Assembly (NCBI GenBank): GCA_951406725.2 | Contig: OX597839.1 | Coordinates: 11,842,001 to 11,906,000, forward strand | Direction: 5' to 3' | Length of the DNA stretch: 64,000 nucleotides | DNA from: Octopus vulgaris | Taxonomy: Eukaryota | Part shown: positions 54,495-64,000 of the stretch, piece after piece | Layout: every line of letters starts with the position of its first letter | Position numbering within the stretch: position 1 is the stretch's first letter | The notes under the pieces: model-generated | Seen by the model: the letters and a program-made list of their open reading frames with translations, nothing else | What the model was told of the DNA's origin: nothing | The model's database searches: none | Made by a program: the position numbers and the translations under genes

Positions 54495-54607
54495 CATACA
54501 TACATATGTATGTGTGCGTGTATATATATATATATATTATAGATATTATTGAAATAGAATAGTATTATTTTCCAGCAAAATAAAGTACCGAAAAGGTAGA
54601 ATTATAA

Positions 54608-54730
54608 ATAGGAAATAGTGGCACAAAGTACCAAATTTTGCTGGAAATAGCAGTCGATACATAGCGTTGTACAATTATCGACTGCCATTTCCAGCAAAAA
54701 CTGGTACCTTGTTGTGCCACTATTTCCTAT
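54608..54730. repeat. Inverted repeat, ~52-bp arms with ~16-nt loop
   Basis: ataggaaatagtggcacaa...tttgctggaaatagcagtcgata pairs with tatcgactgccatttccagcaaaa...ttgtgccactatttcctat. Confidence 0.92.
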
Positions 54731-54733
54731 ATA

Positions 54734-54769
<36 letters not shown>

Positions 54770-55039
54770 CGTGTGTCTATTTACGCGTATGTGTGTGGTT
54801 ATGTTATATGTATATATATATAAACATACATGCATTCATACATACATACGTACGTAGATACATATATACATGCATGCATACATACATACATACATACATA
54901 CATACATACATACATACATACGTACATACATACATACACACATACATACATATATTCACACATACATACATAGGCATGCATGCATGTATGTATATATCTA
55001 TGTATATAGATATGCACATATATATATATATATATGTGA

Positions 55040-55240
55040 CCGCGTGTGTACCGTTGGCGATTTTTTTCCCTCTGTCTTCCCTTCTCTGGATCTTTCCTTC
55101 TCCTATGTTTCCGACGAAGAGCTCCGCTCGAAACGTTAAACCCTCCTTCTTTCCTGAGCGTCCAATAATACTATATTTGTTCCACGTCCTCGCGTTTTTT
55201 TGTGTTTTCTCTTTGTGTTTTCATGTTTGGATTCATTTTA
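55040..55240 (+). mobile_element. Hammerhead-like short element, family H-I
   Basis: gttt-CCGACGA-A-GAGC-tcc-GCTC-GAAACGTT-aaac at 55107-55141; (TA)n on both sides. Confidence 0.65.
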
Positions 55241-55260
55241 TATATATATATTATAATAAG

Positions 55261-55312
<52 letters not shown>

Positions 55313-55414
55313 TGTGTGTGATATGTAAGCATATTGTAATGCTAATAGCCTTCATCGTCATTAATAAACGTTCTGAACGGAAAGCTTACAATCTCTCATA
55401 CGTAGGCCTACGTC

Positions 55415-55495
55415 TGATCCCGCCCAATGTTGGTAACAAAAAAACCCTTCCGGCGAAGTCACAAGTCAGAGTGCTACTTCCTGTTCGGATTGGTT
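55415..55495. promoter_or_regulatory. Candidate promoter/enhancer motif cluster
   Basis: cccgcccaat (GC box overlapping CCAAT), cttccgg and acttcctg (ETS), gattgg (reverse CCAAT) within 80 bp of unique DNA. Confidence 0.3.
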
Positions 55496-55882
55496 TGCTT
55501 TGGCTTCCCCTTTATTCCTCGGCATTTTAATCAGAGAACAGCATACGTCTCCTGTTCCACGGTAATCACACCTCTCTTGATTGCCCTCGTACTTGCTCCG
55601 GTCTCTCATTAGTAACACCTTCTAATTTCTGGCGATCAATACGGTGCTTGATCAGGTTGTTCTTGCACATGTCTTTCACACGCAGCTTTTTATATTTTCG
55701 TGTATTCATAAATGCATGTGCATGCGCAAACACATGCACACACACACACACATATATATACATATACACATATATTTTTATATGCATGCATACATACATG
55801 TATGCATATATATATGTGTGTGTGTATGTGTATTTATATCCATTTCCCCTTCTCTCTCTCTCTATATATATATATAAATGTA

Positions 55883-55922
<40 letters not shown>

Positions 55923-56623
55923 CACACGCATACAATATATATATATACACATACATAAATACATACATGTGTCCATATCTAGACACTCACACATTTATAT
56001 ACTTACACACACATACATACATACAGACATACTTAAGAACACATACATATATACATACATACATACACCAAAAGACAAACACATAAAATGAAACAAAAAC
56101 AAACACGAAGTGTAAATTTAGAAGTTGCAAAATATTTGAGTGCCAGGGTGTAATTAGTGCATCATTATCAAGTTGTAGACGCAAGTAATTAACAATAATT
56201 ATCCAGATTTATCTAGCTTCACAGCAGAGAACTACCATGAGGCCATTAAATAATTATTAAGTGGTGGACATCAGCTGTTACAAACACTCTGAAGTGGTAC
56301 GTCATAAATATTCCATTCGCCATTGCCGCCCCGTATACAGTTTGAATTGATTTCTATTTTCTGAGTTGTCCCCCTTGCCTTTATTGACCAGAATTAAATG
56401 CTAAGTAATCTTTTATGTTTTATATATTTTTTTATTTTTTCATTCCTTGGACTGTGGCCATGCTGGGGAACTATCTTGAAGGGGTTTAGTCGAATAAATG
56501 GACCTCGGTACTCATTATAATTTTTCGTAAGTCTGGTATTTAGCGGGTCCTTTTGCTAAACCGCTAAGTTGCTTGAACGTGAACTTGGACGTATGGGAGT
56601 TGAGCCACCTAAAACATCATTTA

Positions 56624-56683
<60 letters not shown>

Positions 56684-57730
56684 CACAGGGTGCGTAAGAT
56701 ATTTGAGGACAGATTTATGTTTATATAAAAAAAACAGATATATAATAACAGATAACTTTATTTATCAAAAAATGCTATGAGGATAAAAATAAACCTTCTT
56801 TTCTATAATGTTATTCAATAAAGCCACCTTCAGCTTCAACAACTGCTTCTATATGAGATCTAAATCATCTACATGTTGGAATCAAGTGGGCCTCGTTTAT
56901 TTTGGACATTTACTCTGACTATGGCAGCTTTTAAAGAATCTTTGGTGTTACAGGCATGTTCATTGACCTCTCTCTCAACAACGCTCCACATGTAGTAGTC
57001 CATTGGATTGAGATCTGGGAGATTAGGAGGCTAAATGTTAGGGGTTATGTGATAATGAAAATTTTAAGCCATCCATTCCTCTGTTACTAGAGCCATATGT
57101 GATAGTGCAGTGTCTTACTGAAACACATATGGCTTTCCATTGCATAGACTGTCTATCTAGGGCTGAACAATTATTTCCAAGACCTCAATGTAGGCAGCAG
57201 AGTTAACTCTAAGGCATTGTAGAAAGAAGGAGGCATCACATGTCCTTCATTGCTGACAACCCCTAAAAGCACGACACTTGCAAGAAATTTTGTATGCATA
57301 ACACTTGGAACTTCAGAAGGGCCAGCATATAACCATCTGTCATTTCTTCTGTCAACTTTTTGATCTTGCTCGAAGTTTTTCTCATTGAGAAAATAACCAG
57401 GTCAAATCTTCTGCTGGATTTTTCAGTTTGTTTAAGAGTCTTTTAGATCTGATGTAGTGATTTTCTTTTGCCTTTTCTGACAAATTGACCTACTGCTCCT
57501 CACACATGGAGATCATTTGCAATTGGCCCCATGGACTTTCTGGGATTGTAATCAATTGTCTGTTGAACTTGCTGGATAAATTCAAGTGTTCTGATGATTT
57601 CAGATGGTTTAAAATGCTTTTTATGCTTTGATACTGGTGATACGTTTCCATCTTCAGTGTCTAGCTACTTACAAACTTTGTAGACGAAAGATCTGGCAAC
57701 TTTTGAAAATCGAGATATTTCTAAATCTGT
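56684..57730 (-). pseudogene. Tc1/mariner DD37D (maT) transposon relic
   Basis: FQ*DTALSH...*PPNLPDLNPMDYY with exactly 37 residues between the two D; C-terminus RIEAVVEAEGGFIE*-like (stop 56811-56813); cagggtg terminus next to a TA tract; many stops. Confidence 0.92.
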
Positions 57731-57829
57731 TTACTTATGGTGGCTGCCCCCTCGTTATCGAGTATGGTTATTGCACGAAGCTTAATCAATGTTGTTATCG
57801 TGCAATGCCTGTGCAAGAAGATTTTTTTT

Positions 57830-58280
57830 AAAGTGAGGAAAGGCTGTGCACTGAGTCAATCCCGCTCACTAAGCAACAGAAGCCATAATCCGAAAAGAAG
57901 AATAAGTCAACATGATCGGTAACCACTGAGCCGCAGGTTTTATATCGGAGTCATCCCAGTTACCTGAGTTACCTTCTCCTAGAAAGTCTAAGAGTCCTTC
58001 ACTCCCAATGGTTTAACCACGCGATCGGGTATTCAGTCCGATTATTTCTATGTCCCCGCGCATGATACAGCATTAAGACATTTATTGGATGGCCGTTGAC
58101 TCTCAAGAGTTCCTCCACCCTTTGACAGGTTTTGTTTTTCATCCCACAGGGTGTCCAATAAACACCCTCCTCACCAAGCAAGCTTGGTGGGGTTGCCGGT
58201 TTAGTCGCCGTCGACCCGACCATGCAACAGGTTGTACTGGGTTACATGTTACCAGTAGCACTCGAAAGTGACCTGACATA
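57830..58280. mobile_element. Unclassified interspersed repeat, possibly LINE 5'UTR-derived
   Basis: Higher-GC block ending at a microsatellite; gagttaccttctcctag motif. Confidence 0.3.
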
Positions 58281-58486
58281 AACATGTTTACTTATATATG
58301 TATACATATATATATGTGAATATACACATATGTGCATGCACGCGCGCGCGCACATACATACATATATGTATATATGTATATACATATATTCGCGCGTGCA
58401 CACACACATATATATATGTATATATATAAATACATACATGGATACATGTGCACGCACATATATACGCACACACATACATATATACA

Positions 58487-58850
58487 CTTGCTTCAGTTAT
58501 TTCACTGCAGCCATGCTGGGGCACCACACTGAGGAATATTTTGTCGAATGAATCGACCCCAGTACTCATATTTTGCTAAACCTGATACTTATTCTATCGG
58601 CCCTTTTTGCCGAACTGCTAAGTTACAGGGACAGAAACACACCAACACCGATGGTCAAGTGGTACCAAGGCACAAACACACACACACGCACAAAGATGTA
58701 TATAGATATATGCGATGGGCTTCTTTCAGTTTCCGTTTGTGAAATCCAGTCACAAGGCTTTGATTGGCCCGAGGCTATAGAAAATAAACACTGGCCCAAG
58801 GTACTACGCAGTGGGCCTGAACCCGGAACCATGTGGTTGGGAAGCAAGAT
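58487..58850 (-). mobile_element. SINE-B, near full length
   Basis: Reverse-complement match. Confidence 0.88.
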
Positions 58851-59855
58851 TCTCCTGTTGCGCTGTCCATGAGATTACTCTGTCCATAATATCGCCATTA
58901 TCTGTCCAGGCACATTGTGCCACACGTCAGATACTGAAATGATTGCAGAGCCACATAAGCTGAGTTATTTTGCTCAGGAACACAACGCATCGCTCGACTC
59001 ATGAATCGATCCCACGATCTCAGGACTGTAAGTGGAACACGCGCCCTCGTAGTTATTATAATGATATCAAAATATAGATTCTCATTATTACAAAGTTACT
59101 AAATGACAGAGTGCAGAGTAGTACAATATTGCCACTTGGCAGAATCTATTTTGCAGAATGAAAGATGCAAAAACGTAATTTTGGAAATATTTACTTGAAT
59201 GGAAAACGTAATATGAACAGCAATGATCACCATGACCATCAGCAACAACGTAGTATCGTTTAGAAATATAGAAACACTGAAGGTCAGAAAGAGCGACTTG
59301 ACTTCACACTATTCAACAGAAAGAAGGAATGGAAAACTCACGTTACAAAAGATAGTACCTCCTTGCACGACGAAATATCTTTCTTCGACCAGTGAATCCC
59401 ATGTTCATGTTGATATAGTGTACCTTTCTGAATACCTACCTCTAATATTTATGACTCCAATACATCTCTTCAACAAATATTTCAAGCCCCAACCCCCAGA
59501 CTACCTCTCCCTATCCAGACCTTGGCCTTAGTCATTGTTCCGACCTTTTTTCAACACTTAAACCCTTTCATTTTAATCATTTCCATCCTCCCACTAAATA
59601 GCAGTCAAGTGTATTTCACCTTAAAGTTTGATCAAGCTATGATGCATGGAACTCCGAAGTCACTGTCAACAAAATTATAATATTTGTTAGACTGAACACA
59701 AGCATTGATTACCTTATTCAGTCAGTGATTGTTTTTATGTAATTCAAACATTTACTCATATGCTTGTTTTTGTGTGTGTATAGACCTATAGAGATACAGA
59801 TACACACACATACATATATGCATGCATATGTATACACATGTTATGTGATATATGA

Positions 59856-59886
<31 letters not shown>

Positions 59887-59901
59887 CTTTATATATATAT
59901 A

Positions 59902-60040
59902 TATTTCTTTACTACCCACAAGGGGCTAAACATAGAGGGTACAAACAAAGGGATTAAGTCGATTACATCGACCCCAGAACGTAACTGGTACTTATTTTAT
60001 CGACCCCGAAATGATGAAAGGCAAAGTCGACCTCGGCGGA
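59902..60040 (-). mobile_element. SINE-A 3' half
   Basis: Reverse-complement match. Confidence 0.88.
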
Positions 60041-60063
60041 ACACATGCATACACATATATATG

Positions 60064-60154
<91 letters not shown>

Positions 60155-60341
60155 GATGTACATGAACGCATATATATATACATATATATATGTATATATG
60201 CGCATGTGCATGTATGCAATCGTCTCTCTCTCTCCCGATGTATACATATATATACATATATATCATGTGTATTCATATATGATATATGATATATATATAT
60301 ATATATAAATAAATATATATCATATATAAATACACATGATA

Positions 60342-60389
<48 letters not shown>

Positions 60390-60396
60390 CATACAT

Positions 60397-60433
<37 letters not shown>

Positions 60434-61298
60434 TGCATACATGCAGAAATGCACATGCACGATACATACATACTGGCATGCGTGCATACGTATATCCATA
60501 TAACATGCATGCATATAAACATACATTCAGACACAGACACTCACATACACATAAAACAAACACACATACACACATATATAAACACATATTTGCATTAGAA
60601 AAAAAAAGCAGATGTGATTGTGTTAAACAAGAATGAGGAAGGAATTTACAGAGCAAAAATTAGATAAAGAATAATGCGAAGAGGTTTCGTCATGTTAGCG
60701 ACATCAGTTCCAGACGAGATGAGGTATTGTTAAAAAAATCAATTCCTCAGTGTGTGAGTAGAGGTGTGAGGAAATCGCAGTATTTATTCCACTGAATGGA
60801 ATTGGGGGATAAAGGAAGGAGGGCAAAATATGGCATTTATAAGAGGTAGAGGAAGGGGTGTAGGAGAGAATAAAGAAGGGAGGGAAAGTGTGAGACAGAG
60901 ACGGAGAAGGCAGGAGAGAGTAAGAGAGAGAGTAAGAACGGGGTAAATGGGAAGAAGAATTTAAATAAAAGGCAAGGAGTAGCAGAGAGTGACGAGTGAG
61001 GTTAGCTCTCTGATTGAGAAGACTAATAAATGAGATTAAATGGTCTACACTTGACCATACTGCCGTTTTTCTTTTTTTGTATATCCAAAAACTGTGTTTT
61101 TGTTTGATAATGGTGGTTTCAAATTTTGGCACAAGGCCAGCAAGTTCTGTGGAGGGAGTAAGTCCAAAAACGAACGAAATGTCGCTTAAGCGTTTAGTCT
61201 GGTACGCTACTAACAACGATTCTGCCAGAGAGTGAATGCCGCCGGGGTCGACTTTACTTTTCATCTTTTCGGTGTCGATAAAATAAGCAGCAGGTAAA

Positions 61299-61345
<47 letters not shown>

Positions 61346-61390
61346 CTGAGAATGAAATAAGTGGAGCAAGAGCACATACAAAGCCGAAAG

Positions 61391-61435
61391 TGTCGCTGAA
61401 GTGGTCACAGATGTGTGACGAAATATTTCCGGACA
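61391..61435 (+). ncRNA. Hammerhead-like motif with variant core
   Basis: tgtcg-CTGAAGTG-GTCACA-gatg-TGTGAC-GAAATATTTC-cggaca; palindromic helix III AAATATTT. Confidence 0.55.
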
Positions 61436-61488
61436 ATGGACATGAGTTAGAATAAGAACAGTAATAAACGAATGACAACTGTGATTGT

Positions 61489-61533
61489 CACACGCTGACG
61501 AGAGGTCAATACCTCGAAACTCGAGTCCGTGTG
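61489..61533 (+). ncRNA. Minimal type I hammerhead ribozyme, canonical core
   Basis: Stem I CACACG/CGTGTG; CTGACGA; stem II GAGGT-caat-ACCTC; GAAA; palindromic helix III ACTCGAGT; GUC cleavage after 61527. Confidence 0.88.
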
Positions 61534-61693
61534 TATCATAAGTTGAAGACGGGAAGGATGACTTCCCTTTGCAAATACTGACAGGACACAGAAAGTGTGT
61601 CTATGGCCAGCTGGAGGAGTGTGTCCTCCTGGGGCTAAAAACTACAGTAGCATCCACCCTTAGGGGTAGCCATATTGAGATGGCAAATATACG

Positions 61694-61741
<48 letters not shown>

Positions 61742-62399
61742 CATATATAAAACTACGGCACTTAGCTGGTTACGACGACGCGGGTTCCAGTTGAGTATGA
61801 CTAAATGCTCCTCGTCACTAGGAATCGTTAAGAAGTCTGCTTCGTAACACCAAATACCTGGTTTCCATCTTACTGCATGGTATCTCAGGCTAATATAGCT
61901 TTCTAAGGCTCGGTCCGGCTCATTCCTTGTAAGTGAAATTGGGTAGACTGCACAGAAGCTTTTAGCTGTGGTTAGAAAGGGACACCTTCGTCACATAATG
62001 TGTCACACTGATTCTGTCCGAGAATTATGTTAAACGTATATATGTCTCTAGAATACTCAGCGACTTACACGTTAATTCAAGGGTAGGTAATTCAGTTGAT
62101 AGAACAAGTGAATCCTCGTCGTTGAATGACGAAGATCCATCAGTGAATTAGTTACAAAAGCCCATACTAATCAGAGAGAAGTTAAAGAGAATCTCCCAAC
62201 ACATTCGTTAAACTTGCTGAAAATAGCAACCAATCCGCCCTCAAATGACACCCTACCAGTTTTTAAAAGGGACACCTTTTAAACACGTTGGACAATGTTG
62301 TCCTGATTACAATACAATATCTGATTTAAAGAAAACTATCGAGATGGTCGTGGCTGGAATGCCTTTGGTCAGGGTCAATAACTAGGTTGCTTTTACTTA

Positions 62400-63080
62400 A
62401 AGAGAAATATTAGCGGAGAATATAGATGAGGTGGAACAAAAGAAGCAGTAAGAGAAAACAAAGAGTAGAAATGGCAGCAATGAATAGATTAGAAATGGCT
62501 GTTAGGGGAAAATATTGCAGCCGACAAGCAAGCGGGAAATATGGTGCTCGACAATTTCTTTGACGTGAAACACGCAAGTTGTTTTGTTTGAGCTAAGACG
62601 AGCGATCTTAGACAGGAGAAAATGAAAGCTGATTCAGTGGACCCGAACGACGGAGGCGTGACGTGATAACAAAGCCACAACTGGATTTTTGACGGATCAC
62701 AAGGGACGCGTGCTATAGAATTTCAGATGAATAAGCTTTCGTCAGTGATACTTTGCGTTACTGTTTAGGAGAAGCGGTGGACTGGAGACGGTGGTGGGGT
62801 TTTAACGCCTACTTCGACACCCTGCCGTGACTCTCGCCGGAAGAAGTGGGGCATTGCGAAATGCCAGTTAACGACACGAGCGGTCGTGCGGGAGACAATA
62901 TCGCAGAGGTTGGCTGGTTGGTCTGCTTTGCGAGCTTTATGGATACATGCTGGTCACGTTCGGTCCTGGCAACGATATATCGCAACTAGCTGCAGCTTGG
63001 AAGATGAGGGTTATGTAACGCGCATAAGATGGGGATGGTGGTGCTCGCTTGGCGAGGGGAACCAATGGGAGAACTAGGGC
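62400..63080 (+). pseudogene. Tx1/L1-clade LINE ORF2 fragment (linker plus start of RT)
   Basis: LP*LSPEEVGHCEMPV...LVGLLCELY...LATIYRN*LQLGR resembles LP.LS.EE...CE.PIT...LDGLP.E.Y; stops and frameshifts. Confidence 0.72.
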
Positions 63081-63696
63081 CTGTCAGTTTGAAATTCAGA
63101 ATTAAATATTTTATGCATCTCTCTCACAATCCTCAAAGGCAGCGCCGTTTCCATTTTGTCTGCTGGAACCATGAAGCTGTCTGAATTACTGGAAATCGCG
63201 TGATTGAAAGGACTAATGATTGATATTAAGTTTTGATCACTCTTCTTCAATATTCAGCAGAAGTTAGATGCGATACATTTTCGTATGCATGAATATAAAA
63301 ATATATGGATAGATCTATTAATTAATTAATTTATTTATTTATTCCTTTATTTATTTACGAAGGGGTTGGCGCATGCTGTCGGTACAGCACACTGCCTGTC
63401 TTTCACGATACACACTTATTAAAAAAAATTTTTGTAATTTTGTGTTACATATTTGTCAGACCATGAAGTAAGTGAGAATAATTATAAAGTGTCTGGATGG
63501 AGTGAGTGTTAATGATGGTGTTGAGGGAACGATGGGACGGTGGAGGGGGCTGCGAATGTGTGTGTGGGGTCAACAGATCAATATTCGAGTGGGAAGATGA
63601 GAGTGAGAACAATGGAGGTGAGAGAGAGAGAGAAAGGATGAACGTTTAAGGGGAAAATGAGATTGTGTGTGAGTGAGAATGTGTACATCTGTGTGC

Positions 63697-63729
<33 letters not shown>

Positions 63730-64000
63730 TGTGTGTGTGTGTGTGTGCGTGTGTGTGAGAATGTGTACATTTGTGTGTGTGTGTGTGTGAGTGTGTGTCT
63801 ATGTATATGTGTGTGGAAGTACAAGAAAGAATTGTGTGCATGTATGTTTAGGAAAAAGGACAAGGGAGTGCTGGGGGTGTCTTTCAGAGAGAAAGTGCGT
63901 GTGTGTGTGTGTGTGTGTGTGTGTAAAAGGGAAAGAAGGGACTGTGCGTGTATGCTTATATGAAAGAGTGAAGCGAGAAACTGATGGTGTATTTGAGAAA

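Larger units (their letters stand above)
61345..61698 (+). mobile_element. ~350-bp structured element with two hammerheads, inserted in (TA)n (pLTR/retrozyme-like)
   Basis: Two hammerhead motifs followed by five short hairpins; (TA)n on both sides; no convincing ORF. Confidence 0.7.

Overview
Eukaryotic, AT-rich DNA saturated with microsatellites and transposon remnants. It is most likely a coleoid cephalopod (Octopus-like); this is inferred from the tRNA-derived SINE families and the (TA)n/(TACA)n/(TATC)n/trinucleotide load. No intact protein-coding gene is visible, and nearly all listed ORFs are microsatellite translations. The window contains: (1) several SINE families in more than 30 copies or fragments; (2) decayed retroelements (R4/Dong, Tx1/L1, possible Penelope); (3) mariner and DD37D (maT) transposase relics; (4) three Merlin-like MITEs with 8-bp TSDs, Helitrons and hAT-like MITEs; (5) one weak candidate host exon on the minus strand. 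The most interesting signal is a set of about 10 type I hammerhead-ribozyme-like motifs in short non-coding elements that sit in (TA)n tracts. These include a roughly 350-bp structured element with two hammerheads (61345-61698) and a 132-bp perfect palindrome encoding a hammerhead on both strands (52706-52837). They look like a Penelope-pLTR/retrozyme-like system. Other notable patterns are SINE self-targeting at GGT sites and recurrent fold-back duplications. Coordinates of decayed elements are approximate, and family names come from motif recognition, not database searches.
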